A stretch of DNA of 64,000 nt from Octopus sinensis (taxonomy: Eukaryota). Shown piece after piece: positions 40,255-52,785 of the stretch. Within the stretch, counting starts at the first letter, position 1. The number at the start of each line of letters is the position of its first letter. The stretch is from NCBI RefSeq assembly GCF_006345805.1, contig NC_043015.1, positions 29,450,001-29,514,000 on the forward strand, given 5' to 3'. Made by a program: the position numbers and the translations under genes. Under the pieces are notes generated by a model. That model saw only the letters and a list, made by a program, of their open reading frames with translations. It was not told the origin of the DNA and did not search any database.

Positions 40255-40655
40255 TTGTGGTAAGTAGCTTGCTAACCAACCACATGGTTCCGGGTTCAGT
40301 CCCACTGCGTGGCATCTTGGGCAAGTGTCTCCTGCTATAGCCCCGGCCCGACCAATGCCTTGTGAGTGGATTTGGTAGATGGAAACTGAAAGAAGCCTGT
40401 CGTATATATGCATATATATATATGTATGTGTGTGTGTTTGTGTGTCTGTGTTTGTTCCCCTAGCATTGCTTGACAACCGATGCTGGTGTGTTTACGTCCC
40501 CGTCACTTAGCGGTTCAGCAAAAAGAGACCGATAGAATAAGTACTGGGCTTACAAAAAGAATAAGTCCCGGGGTCGAGTTCCTCGAGTAAAGGCGGTGCT
40601 CCAGCATGGCCGCAGTCAAATGACTGAAACAAGTAAAAGAGTAAAAGAGTAAAGA
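40255..40655 (+). mobile_element. tRNA-derived CORE-like SINE
   Basis: GTGGTAAGTAGCTTGCTAACCAACCACATGGTTCCGGGTTCAGTCCC...AGTAAAAGAG tail. Confidence 0.85.
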
Positions 40656-41267
40656 GTATTCATAATTTTTCTTGAGAAAGATACAACAGTGAATTCCTGT
40701 TGTTTTGCCAATTAAATCACAGTTCACTCTGCTCATCTCCTTCTCTCCCAAGCTAACCCTTGAAGTGTAAGACCCTTTTAATCCTTAAACATTCGGGGTG
40801 GTTTACATGACATCAGGGTATGTCCACACTCAGTGTCCAATCAAGTAGCCCAAATGTTGGTATGAGTACTGGCACTGCAAACACATTTTGGACCACTGTT
40901 TTACTGAATGTGGAGAGTTCTGAGGTCCAAATTTTTAAATTTTATTACATAATTTTACAAGTGTTTTGTAGATATTCTATAAGAACTTTACTGCTTTATC
41001 ATTATTATATAAATATGTGTAACAATACATAGCAACAGTATTACTATACTGATACTGCAAAAATATTAACTCATCAAGTTTATGTATAAAATCCATTTGC
41101 TGGATGAACTTGCATCTCAAGAATATATCCCCTTTGTCCAAGATATTCTTATCATTTCAACTGCATATCATAGTTAAAACCCAAATAGAATTTATGTATT
41201 CCACTGAATTTAGGTAAATAATCCTTCAAACAGGCGGTTTGTAGCGACGCCTGTTGGGTTCGGCTGC

Positions 41268-41310
41268 TCTGCACTGATAAGGGGCAAATACCTTGAAACT
41301 AGTCTGCAGA
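41268..41310 (+). ncRNA. Minimal type I hammerhead, unit 1
   Basis: TCTGCA-CTGATAA-GGGG CAAATA CCTT-GAAA-CTAG-TC-TGCAGA; 6-bp stem I, palindrome ACTAGT, GUC triplet; core position 8 is A instead of G. Confidence 0.72.
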
Positions 41311-41628
41311 TGCCTGACCAGCAAGGGGAAGCGGCTGACCACCACTGTTCGAAGGTTATAATGGACACAGGTCCATGTGTCACATAGCTAGCTAGAGGTG
41401 ATGGCCTCTTGGAGCTAATCAACGGCAGCATTCATCCTATACTTCTGGACTGCCATATTAGCTTGGCGATAACTATTAATATCCAGTACCACTGCCGTAG
41501 TCTCCTTTAGAGAGACTTAGAAATTTTAATATTTCTATTTTTGAAAACCAGTGGATGTATTCCACTGAATTTAGGTATATAATACTTCAAACAGACGGTT
41601 AGTAGCGACACCTGCTGGGTTCAGCTGC

Positions 41629-41671
41629 TCTGCATTTATAAGGGGCAAATATCCTGAAACTAGTCTGCAGA
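41629..41671 (+). ncRNA. Minimal type I hammerhead, unit 2 (degenerate core)
   Basis: TCTGCA-TTTATAA-GGGG CAAATA TCCT-GAAA-CTAG-TC-TGCAGA; stems intact, core mutated (U3, U5, A8). Confidence 0.6.
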
Positions 41672-41989
41672 TGCCTGACCAGCAAGGGGAAGCAGCTGAC
41701 CTCCCCTGTTCAAAGGTTATAATGGACACAGGTCCGTGTGTCACATAGCTAGCTAGAGGTGATGGCCTCTTGGAGCTAATCAACGGCAGCATTTGTCCTA
41801 TATTTGTGGACTGCCATATTAGCTTATATATAATTATATATATATATGCATAGACACATATGCATACACTTGTGTATCATGCCTACCACTGCAGCTGTTA
41901 AATATGTTACCCTCACTCAGTAGGGGCTGTTATTTGCTTGTATACATAACCATACTTAGAGAAATAATGAAGGGAGAGAATATACTTAC

Positions 41990-42168
41990 TTGGACGAAAA
42001 AAGAAGGCCTAAAGATGTGGAATCCTTCTTTTAAAATGTAAGTAACAAGAAGTTTATTTCTTTCGAAACGATAAGCCGGATGTCCTACTAAAACCTCAAA
42101 AAACCTTGTAGTTTTATAATGGTAGGGAAATCTCCTTTCTGCTTCATGCACAGCTTTCTGGAAATTAT
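41990..42168 (-). CDS. Gene B coding exon 3 (phase 1 to 0)
   Basis: ttattttag|AT...CAA|gtaagt; (D)NFQKAVHEAERRFPYHYKTTRFFEVLVGHPAYRFERNKLLVTYILKEGFHIFRPSFFVQ joins both neighbouring exons in frame. Confidence 0.78.
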
Positions 42169-42218
42169 CTAAAATAAAGTTTAGAAATTGAAATTATATG
42201 ACAGAAAGAAAGAATATA

Positions 42219-42387
42219 GGCGCAAGAGTGGCTGTGGTAAGTAGCTTGTCTACCAACCACATGGTTCCAGGTTCAGTCCCACTGCGGAGCACCTTGGGCA
42301 AGTGTCTTCTACTATAGCCTCGGGCCGACCAAAGCCTTGTGAGTGGATTTGGTAGATGGAAACTGAAAGAAGCCCGTCGGATCTATG

Positions 42388-42422
<35 letters not shown>

Positions 42423-42620
42423 TTGTCCCCCTAGCATTGCTTGACAACCGATGCTGGTGTGTTTACGTCCCCGTTACTTAGCAGTTCGGCAAAAGAGACC
42501 GATAGAATAAGTACTGGGCTTACAAAAGAATAAGTCTCGGGGTCAAGTTGCTTGATTAAAGGTGGTGCTCCAGCATGGCCGCAGTCAAATGACTGAAACA
42601 AGTAAAAGAGTAAAGAGTAA
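42219..42620 (+). mobile_element. tRNA-derived CORE-like SINE
   Basis: GGCGCAAGAGTGGCTGTGGTAAGTAGC... full body and tail. Confidence 0.85.
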
Positions 42621-42866
42621 TAAATTATGCTAGAAAATGACTGTAGATATAAGCAATTCTCTTTCAGATTTAGTATCTAAATAGACAGGTGCAGGTGTGG
42701 CTGTGTGGTTAAGGTGTTTTCTTTGGAATCAAGTGGTCTTGGGTTCTGTTTGTTGCACTGCACGGCATAAAGGACAAATATCTTCTACTATTACCTCAGA
42801 CTGAAAGGGTGGACAGAATATGATGGAAGCTTACTATATATGTGTGTATGTACACATGGAAGAGAC

Positions 42867-43283
42867 TGTAGCAGCACAAGCAGTCAGTGCCATATTGGAT
42901 AAGATCTCAAGGCAGCCATTGCCACCTCTGAGACTGGAGCGAGACCTCACGTGCATCCATTTGCCATGCGCGAGATCACAACCAGGCTCGTGATGGCAAA
43001 CTGTATATAAGGGCAAAACAGAAACAGATTCAGTCCTTTTCTTTCTACCTCTTAGCAGCAGCGCTTGCTGAGCGCACTCCATTGGCTGGGCCTGTCTGTA
43101 TGCTGTACCTCCAGAGGCAATGTACCTGCACTAACGGAGCTACTACACAACGCACACAGCTAAAGATGGTTGCTGAGAGCAGCACACTTCACCTATCCTG
43201 TGAAACCGGTAAATAAAACCAGTTGTAAATTGCATTTGTACTTGAAGTCATCTCTCTTCACCTGCCGGAGCCTGAACCACACA
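42867..43283 (+). mobile_element. Possible solo LTR
   Basis: TG...CA ends, TATATAAG and a downstream AATAAA in a GC-richer block; no convincing TSD found. Confidence 0.3.
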
Positions 43284-43385
43284 AAGAACAAAAAGAGATA
43301 ATGAAGGAAGGCGATATTCTCCCGATATCATAAACCTTGTCATCCATTATAAGACCAACCGAGGCTTTAAAAACTTAGAACTTAC

Positions 43386-43553
43386 CTATGAGTCTTGAAG
43401 ATTCGGTATTTGCATTGTTAGAAGATATACACAATTTCTTGTGAAGAGGCCATGCAGATCTTTGACAAGATTTTGAGCAATATCTTGCATTCAAGCATTG
43501 ACTACATCTCTTTAACTGTTCGTAAAAATTACCACAACTGTCACATATTCCAC
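43386..43553 (-). CDS. Gene B MYND exon (168 nt, phase 1-1)
   Basis: Not in the ORF track; [56 protein letters not shown]; acceptor tacaaag|GT, donor G|gtaag. Confidence 0.82.
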
Positions 43554-44234
43554 CTTTGTAATTGAATTATTAAATACATGTAAAGAAAAGAAATATATCA
43601 ACATATAAATTGTATTTAAAAAAGCTGATTTAAAAACAGGAAAACAAAGACAAAATATTTACATAGAAAATGAAGTGAGGCTACATATTTCGCACAGCCT
43701 ACTCGGCATCACTAAGTCGACAGTGACTTATTTGGCATCAGGTATTTCACTGTTTTCACTTGTGCAAACACACTATCTTTAAGAAGGATGAAAGGTAAAG
43801 TCGACCTTGGCGGAATCTGTACTCAGAACGTTGCGATGGATGAAATACCGCCAAGCATTTTGTCCAGCATGCTAACGATTCTGTCAGCTCACTGAGGGGA
43901 GTGATAAATGGCTATGGATAGGGAGTAGAGGTGACTCAGTGCATGGTAAACAAGGGAAAGGGCATGATCAGTATCCAACAATGAATATAAGTTTGGGGGA
44001 AGGTGAAGGGAGTAAAAGGGGGTCGAGCAGAAGAAGGTGATAAGCGGATTTCAAAAACAAGGGAGCGGGTGGAGAGCAGCATTGTAAGAAATAGGGAGAG
44101 CAGCATTGTAAGAAATGATGTGAAGTATGGGAGAGAGAGAGAGAGTGGGGTGGGATCAGTGACAAGGATGGAAATCAAAGGCATATGCTTTAAAAATCTC
44201 CAAATATTCAAAAGAAATCGGAAAAGCCAATTAC

Positions 44235-45390
44235 CAATATTTTTGCCACTAGTTCTTGCATCACTTTCCTCCCCATTTTTTACTGTTCCAGTCTTCTTAA
44301 TATCCTCTTTGCTCTTCACCTCGACTCTCTTTTTCTGACTGGCTTTCTTCTCGCTGTCTCTTCCACCATCTTTGCCCTTATAGTCCATATTTCCAGTGTT
44401 TCCCTTGCTAGCCTTTGTGTCACTATCCTTTTTGTTGTTGTCAACTCTGTCATCTGTCTTACAAGTGGCTCCGTCATTTTCTATATTGACATTGTTGACA
44501 TTCTTACGCTTTTTTCTTCTATTTCTTTTCTTTTTATTCTTATTGCCTACCTTGCTGTCCACCTCACAACCATCCCCATCATCTACGCTCACACTGTTCT
44601 CCTTTACTGGGTCCTTTTTGATAATTCCCTCCTTGCTATACTCATGGCCACTCCCCTTCTCATACTTCACCTTAGTATTCATTTCTGGAGCCTTACAATT
44701 GCTTTTAGCATTTCCCTTGCTAGCCTTTGTGTCACTATCCTTTCTGTTGATGTCAACTCTTTCGTCTGTCTTACAAGTGGCTCTGTCATTCTCTATATTG
44801 ACACTGTTGACATTCTTAAGCTTTTTATTCTTATTGCCTACCTTGCTGTCCACCTCACAACCATCCCCATCATTTACACTCACACTGTTCTCCTTCACTG
44901 GATCCTTTTTGATAATTCCCTCCTTGCTATACTCATGGCCACTCCTCTTCTCATATGTCATCTCAGCATTCATTTCTAGAGCCTTACAATTGCTTTTATG
45001 TGATGGCCAATCATATTTCTGGCAGTCAATTGAACAGTAGTAAGTTGTTTTGCACTTAGAACATTTCCATAAAGGAATATTAGTTCTAAAACATGTTTGA
45101 CAAAAATTTTCTGTTTCACCATTGGAACTGTCTTTTAAACACTCTTTTTTACTATCTGTTTTTTCATTATTTGATTTTTTTCTATTATTGGGACATGATA
45201 CTTCTGATTCAGTCAATGGATTTATTTGATTCCGTGTAGTTTGAGGAGTAAAACACACTCTGCTGTGTTCTTTTTTGTGCTTTCTTTCACAATTTTTGGA
45301 ACAATAGGAAACAACTTTGCACTGAGAACATTGATAAAGAGAAGCTTTCACCTGACCACAATTTTGGCAACAATCTTCAATTTTAACCAT
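44235..45390 (-). CDS. Gene B first coding exon: 2 MYND fingers plus 2 low-complexity repeats
   Basis: Open from the ATG at 45390; CQNC..CSQC..YCSKNC..HSRVC and CQTC..CSKC..YCSIDC..WPSHKSNC; donor ATT G|gtaatt; 1156 nt gives phase 1. Confidence 0.85.
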
Positions 45391-46559
45391 TTTGAATTTA
45401 ATGTAAATCTGAAATATCAGAAACAGAAAAAAAGAAGGAATAATATTTTATAATTTAACAATTTCTAGCCAATCTGTTTTAAAATAAGCAGAAAAGAAAA
45501 TTTACTGTGATGGTTAAGATTAAAAGATATAAAACAACCAGCTACATTTATAGGAAGCGATATTTTTGTCTGATGGAATGAAATCACTATCTAATGTGCA
45601 ATAGTATTTATGTCATCCATTTTTTTTGCTCAAACATCTGGATGTTATTTGGTTGGCTTGATGAACATATTTCATCACCTTCATCCCTGTTCTTCAGATG
45701 GTGTTTCTGATTTAAACCAGGTACACCTAAAAAGTTTAGGAGTGAGTTAAATAATTTCTCTGCTGAAAATCTTTAAATCTTGCTGAGGTCTTTTCCCCGC
45801 TTTCTCTGATGTTATAATCTCTGCCATTTAGACACAATTCTATATTTAAATTTGGTTTTAATATATCAATATCTGGGCAAGTGGGAAGAAAATTAGAAAA
45901 AAGTTGAGTAAAAGTGATAAAATTTTACTTTCTTTTTATATATAAAATAGAATTTGATCAAAGGTTACACAATCTAACTTATCAGAGATTACATGATCTA
46001 ATCAATTAGAAGTTAGACAACGTAATGTAATCTCATATAAGCTGTAGAAAATCTAACAAAAGTCTTTTTTTATATATGTTAATTTAAACTGTTTAAGCTT
46101 TGATTACAATAACTAAGTGGTACCCAGCTTAATTGATAACTTACTTTCACAAAAATAAATATTATATCACAGAGTGAAAGAAAGAAAATCATGTATTACT
46201 CTGACGAAAAACCTTTTCCAGTGAAATATATTACAAGTTAGAAAACATTAGCCTTTGTCCAAGCAAGCAAGGAAGACAACTCAAAGCATTTCTGCTTATA
46301 AGGCATCGTCAGTGGAAGTATTGTGTTGGCTATTAATTGCTGCCGTCATAGTAATTAGCTTACTATATATTTTTATCTTTTCACTTTTTACTTGCCTCAG
46401 TCATTGGACTGTAGCCATGCTGAGGACTGCCCCAAAGTTTTTTTTTTAGACCCTGTACTTATTCAATTGGTTATTTGGTTAAAGTTACACGGGACATGAA
46501 AAAAAACAACACCAGCTAACAAACACAAAAACACACACACATAGGTATATAAATACATA

Positions 46560-46895
46560 TCATCATCATCATCATCATCATCGTTTAACGTCTGTTCTCC
46601 ATGCTAGCATGGGTTGGACGGTTCGACCGGGGATCTGGGAAGCCAGAAGGCTGCACCAAGCTCCGGACTTATCTGGCAACGTTTCTACAGCTGTATGCCC
46701 TTCCTAACGCCAACCACTCCGTGAGTGTAGTGGGTGCTTTTTACATGCCACCTGCACAGGTGCCAGGGGAGTCCGGCATTGGCCACGCTCGGATGGTGCT
46801 TTTAACATGCCAAGGCGGCGCTGGTATCGGCCACGTTCGGATGGTGCTTTTTATGTGCCACCGGCACAGAAGCCAGTTGAGGCGGCGCTGGCAAC
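46560..46895 (-). mobile_element. (GAT)n-tailed dispersed element whose internal unit closely matches the 67-bp satellite
   Basis: TATCGGCCACGTTCGGATGGTGCTTTTTATGTGCCACCGGCACAGAAGCCAGTTGAGGCGGCGCTGGCA approximates the reverse complement of the monomer. Confidence 0.88.
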
Positions 46896-46998
46896 AGTTA
46901 ATCCAAACATGAAAACACAAAGAGAAAACATAACAACGCGAGGACGTGGAACAAGTATAGTGTTATTGGACGCTCAGGAAAGGAAAGAAAGAAGGAGG

Positions 46999-47034
46999 AT
47001 TCAACGTTTCGAGCGGAGCTCTTTGTCAGAAACA
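46999..47034 (-). ncRNA. Degenerate minimal hammerhead-like motif in a short (TA)n-associated repeat (46895-47100)
   Basis: GTTT-CTGACAA-A-GAGC TCC GCTC-GAAA-CGTT-GAAT; position 8 is A. Confidence 0.45.
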
Positions 47035-47096
47035 TAGGAAAAAGACTGATCCAAGGAAGGGAAGACGGAGGAAAAAAATCGCCAAAGGTACACACG

Positions 47097-47153
<57 letters not shown>

Positions 47154-47724
47154 CACATACATACATATATACATATATCTCTTATTATAAAAGGCAGATT
47201 TTATCTGCCTCCCTTTGTAACTTATAGAAATCTACAATATAGGATTTCTTCAATTACAATTTACCTAGCATTTTTAAGAGTAGAATGCATCGGGTCATGC
47301 CAGGTCCAGTTTTTAAAATTTAAACTCCAATTAAGCAAAATTTACAGAAAACTCACATTCTGGTGTGTATGTCAAATGCTTTTCTTAATGTGGTTTACAC
47401 CACACGCACACGCACACACACAGTGTGCAACGAATAAAATGAAAGTAAATAGCGACAGAGTGATTTGAGGAAGACTAAACTGAAAGTATTTAAACCACTA
47501 CTCAAAAAATAAAAAAACACAGCAAACAGAAACAAATAAATACATAACGATTTACTCCTCACACAATTTCTTCAATTAGAGTTTACCTAAGATTTTTCAA
47601 AGTACTCCATTCGGTCATGCCATAATATATTTCTTTCAATTTCACCCCCAATTAAGACAAAATTCGAGAAAACTTAATATTTTAACATTTCACTCCGAAA
47701 GCATTGATGTACATGTGTGCGTGC

Positions 47725-47761
<37 letters not shown>

Positions 47762-49744
47762 TGATGGGTTGTGCGACACAGAAAGTGTGGTGTGTAAGTG
47801 AAGTGCTTTTGTTAGTGTGTGTAAAGAGACAGACAGAGTGAAAGACAGAAATAACTGAACTTTTTTTATTCACTTTTTGTAGTGAGTGACTGAGAGAGAA
47901 AAGAGAGAGAGAGGTTATGTATGTATATATGTATGTATGGCTTCAGTGACACACACACACACAAAAACACATACCTACGTACACCTAAAGCACGCACACA
48001 CACACACACAAGCGGAGCGCGAACTTCAAAATTTTGGTAGTATTAATTTGCGAGCGTACTTCTAAGCGCGCGTAATTGAAAGTTTTCACTATGATATCAT
48101 CACGTGCGAAAAAATTCGAAGGGTTTTGAACAATTGAGATACAGATGTCACGCCTGTATTGAAACCATTGCTAAGCTGCCATAATTGCTTAATTAAGACT
48201 TTGTTTAAATTGAAAGGGGCAAATATGTGACGAGGTTGAAAAAAAATACCCCAGAAAAAAAAATGTACTGCTGGTATTTATATAATTCACTACTATTTTG
48301 CTACAATGTCATGAAAAAGAAAAAATTTAGGTATGTAAATCGAATTCGCCACCCCCTTTTCCCCGTTCGTGTTTGTGTAAAAAAAATTATTATTTAAGTT
48401 TTAAAAATTATTTACTTTGTTCAAAAATATAATATTAATTAATTTTCAAGAATTATTTAATTTTATTCTGTAAAATAGTAATTAATTCATTTATCTGTAA
48501 ATCCGCGAGGTTGTTACTCAGGCACCTAGAATGGTAACCTTCAACTAACACTATCTCCTCCGAGACCCTGCGGCGCAAGTTGACCAAAATTGAGAGTATG
48601 GTAGAAGAAGGGTTGCTCTTCCTTCCGTAGAACATAAAATTCAAATCGATAAACATACATATATATACATACATACATATATATACATACATACATATAT
48701 ATATATATATACGTTTATATATATATATATATATATACACAAACATACATATATATACATACATACATATATATATATATATACAACAATTGAGGGTAAA
48801 ATTAATTAATCAATTTCACCAAGTGTTCAGTATGTAAAAGGACCATTTAAGGCGAATTCAAAATATTATATTATATAATTAGGGCTTAGTAAAATAAATT
48901 ACTTTGCCACATAATTATGACCCTAGTATCGATCTATTGCATTTCAATCTGTTTTAGGGTTAGGGTTAGGGTTAGGGGTGGGGCGAAGGGTATCTTTTTT
49001 TTCTTCATAAATGTAAATAAACCCAATCTGTTTCTTAAACGAGGGACATATTCATACGGCACAGAATGTTTTCACCCCAAATGGACGTCATTGATTGGTT
49101 GAAATTGCAGAAATTGAAGAAAAAACAACAACAAATATCTTACAAACTAGAATTTTCTCAATAAAACCAAGAGAAAAAGATGTTTTATAAACACATTCTA
49201 CCAGTATACGAAGTTTAAAAGTGTTTAGTCAAGTGGAAATAATTTTAAAAAACTGCCGGTCAAACCGAAATGATCCTTTTTTTTTTTTTTAATTCTAGGC
49301 GATCTTTCGTTACAAGAACACTACAAAGCACGTGTGTTTATTTACATTTGTGAAGATAATCGTCGATTTCCATAAAAAGTTTTTTATCTGTTTACATATG
49401 GGGTTGGGGGCTAAATGGGATCGTTTGATGGCCTGAATCGGAAGATTTGATGTTTGTGTGTGAGAGAGAGAGAGAGAGTTTGTATGTGTGTGTGCGTGTG
49501 TTTGATGGGGTGTGCGAGACACACACACACACACACACACGGAACGTCAACTTCTACATTAGACAAAAAAAAAATTAAAACAATATCTATGAATTTGATC
49601 ATAAAATAGCTAACAAACACAAAGCACTTACACATACACACACACATACACATACACACACAAACACATACACGCGCACGAACACACACACACACACACA
49701 CGAAAAGCCAACTTCTTACATTAGACAAAAGATTAGCCTAATTG

Positions 49745-51120
49745 TAATATTTTTTAACTTCTAATATTTATTTTTAAATTCTAATATTTTTTTTTAACTT
49801 CTAATATTTATTTTTAAATTCTAATATTTTTTTTCAATTCTAATATTTTTTTTTAACTTCTAATATTTTTTTTTCAATTCTAATATTTTTTTTTAACTTC
49901 TAATATTTTTAACTTCTAATATTTTTTTTTAACTTCTAATATTTTTAACTTCTAATATTTTTTTTTCAATTCTAATATTTTTTTTTCAATTCTAATATTT
50001 TTAACTTCTAATATTTTTAACTTCTAATATTTTTTTTTCAATTCTAATATTTTTTTTTAACTTCTAATATTTTTAACTTCTAATATTTTTTTTTAACTTC
50101 TAATATTTTTAACTTCTAATATTTTTTTTTAACTTCTAATATTTTTTTTCAATTCTAATACTTTTTTTTCAATTCTAATATTTTTTGTAAAAAAAAAAAA
50201 TCTACTCTTTTTTTTTTCAATTCTAATATTTTTTTTTCAATTCTAATATTTTTTTTCATTCTAATATTTTTTTTTCAATTCTAATATTTTTTTTTCAATT
50301 CTAATATTTTTTTTTTTTCAATTCTAATATTTTTTTTCAATTCTAATATTTTTTTTTCAATTCTAATACTATATTTTTTCTTTTTTTTAATTCTAATAGT
50401 TTTTTTTCAATTCTAATATTTTTTTTAAATTCTAATATTTTTTTTTCAATTCTAATATTTTTTTTAACTTCTAATATTTTTTTTTCAATTCTAATACTTT
50501 TTTTTTCAATTCTAATATTTTTTTTAAATTCTAATATTTTTTTTCAATTCTAATATTTTTAACTTCTAATATTTTTAACTTCTAATATTTTTTTTTCAAT
50601 CTAATTTTTTTTTAACTTCTAATATTTTTAACTTCTAATATTTTTTTTTTACTTCTAATATTTTTACTTCTAATATTTTTTTTTAACTTCTAATATTTTT
50701 TTTTCAATTCTAATACTTTTTTTTAAATTCTAATATTTTTTTTAAATTCTAATATTTTTTTTTTCAATTCTAATATTTTTTTTCACTTCTAATATTTATT
50801 TTTCAATTCAATATTTTTTTTTCAATTCTAATATTTTTTTTCAATTCTAATATTTTTTTTTCAATTCTAATATTTTTTTTTCAATTCTAATATTTTTTTT
50901 TCAATTCTAATACTTTTTTTTCAATTCTAATATTTTTTTTTCAATTCTAATATTTTTTTTTAAATTCTAATATTTTTTTTTTCAATTCTAATATTTTTTT
51001 TTAACTTCTAATATTTTTTTTTCAATTCTAATACTTTTTTTTCAATTCTAATATTTTTTTTTAAATTCTAATATTTTTTTTTTCAATTCTAATATTTTTT
51101 TTTCAATTCTAATATTTTCA
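49745..51120. repeat. AT-rich minisatellite, ~15-21-bp unit (AATTCTAATATTTTTTTTTC)
   Basis: Repeated TTCTAATA anchor with variable T runs. Confidence 0.95.
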
Positions 51121-51171
51121 ATGCCTCTCCACTCTCATATTCTGCTCTCCACCACTTCTCTACGTCTTACA

Positions 51172-51295
51172 AATTCGTCCGCTTCGTTTGCGCATGCGTA
51201 GAATGTACGTTAAACAATGAGCAGACGACACTTCGAGCTGAAGACGAAGGTGGTTGGCGTCAATGAGATCGCTTGAACTGCTAGAAATAACAACC
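51172..51295 (-). promoter_or_regulatory. Candidate promoter block of gene B with an NRF1-like motif
   Basis: Paralogous to 24929-25050; TGCGCATGCG at 51189-51198. Confidence 0.45.
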
Positions 51296-52204
51296 AAATC
51301 TCTATCAACCCACTTCCGACATCTTATCTTGCAATCCTTAAATTTTCAGCGATGAAGATTATGATTCTCTAACGAAAATAAAATCAACTACTTTTCATTC
51401 TCCTTTTCTATTTTTTTAAGAACTTTTTTCAAAAAGTTATTCATCCCCAACCTTTGCCTAACTTTTTCAAAATATCTGACAGTCACCCTGACCTCATCTA
51501 CAATTTTTTTATACTTTCCAGGGTCTCTACGTTTTCAACAACAAAAATTACGATTCTAGAAGAATAAAATAAAATAAATTCAAAATTTTACTTCTTCCTC
51601 CTACAATTTTCCTTGTCTTAACACGTTTAAATCACCCTCACCCCTGGGTTGACACTGAGCCTTATATGACCAAAGACAAACCCATTATGATCTTTGGTTT
51701 TCCAGCCATTACGTACTGCATTACTACTTTATTCAATGGATTCTTACGAAGAAAGAAAACGTATACTTCTTCGTTTTCAACGCCTCATAAAATGTATCTA
51801 ATCTTATCGAAAGTAGGCGGGATAATGAAAGTACTTTAACACAAGATGGCCAACATGAAGTTATTAAAAATCATTCGACCTTTGAAATAAATGGTCTGCA
51901 ATATTCTCACCCTTTATATTTTGAGTTCAAATCCCGCCGAGGGCGATAAAATAGAATACACGTAGTGAGACCTGTGCAGTCGATTGAAATTGTTGGCCTT
52001 ATACCTAAATTAGAAGCAGTTATCTGCCATCAACCAAATATTTTGGATCCATTCTGTTTTGTGAACAACAACCACAGAATGTTCCCCGGTTTAACCCAAT
52101 CACTCACTCACCATCTTTAACAACAATGAACATGCAATTGCTTTAATGATAATAATAATAATAATATAATTTATAACCACAATATGTCCAGGGTAGTATT
52201 TCTC

Positions 52205-52259
<55 letters not shown>

Positions 52260-52458
52260 AATATAATAACATATATATTATATATATTTCAAAATGTGAC
52301 CTCGTGAGTACCACCGGCGATTTTTTTCCCTCTGTCTTCCCTTCTCGGGATCTTTCCTTCTCCTATGTTTCCGACGAAGAGCTCCAATAATACTTTATTT
52401 GTTCCACGTCCTTGCGTTGTTGTGTTTTTTTTTTTTGTTTTCTTGTTTGGATTAACTT

Positions 52459-52505
<47 letters not shown>

Positions 52506-52609
52506 TTATGTGTGTGTATGTATGTATGTATGTGTGTGTATGTATGTATGTATGTAATTATAATTATACTCGTAATTATAAAATATTGTGTTGTATGTAA
52601 ATATATATA

Positions 52610-52656
<47 letters not shown>

Positions 52657-52693
52657 CATACATCGCGCACACACTACAGTATGTATGTATGTA

Positions 52694-52724
<31 letters not shown>

Positions 52725-52742
52725 TGTATATATATATATATA

Positions 52743-52776
<34 letters not shown>

Positions 52777-52785
52777 CATACACAC

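Larger units (their letters stand above)
41194..41825 (+). repeat. 361-bp tandem repeat (1.75 copies) with one hammerhead motif per unit; retrozyme-like
   Basis: ATGTATTCCACTGAATTTAGGTA at 41194 and 41555; the second copy ends in (TA)n. Confidence 0.85.

Noticed and set aside
41210-41792. Duplicated 73-aa minus-strand ORFs (MLPLISSKR...) as extra gene B exons
   Set aside because: There are no fitting splice phases, exons 3 and 4 already join in frame, and the repeat is better explained by the plus-strand ribozyme structure.
48954-48977. (TTAGGG)4 telomere-like tract
   Set aside because: Only 24 bp and embedded in a repeat fragment; not evidence of a telomere or fusion site.
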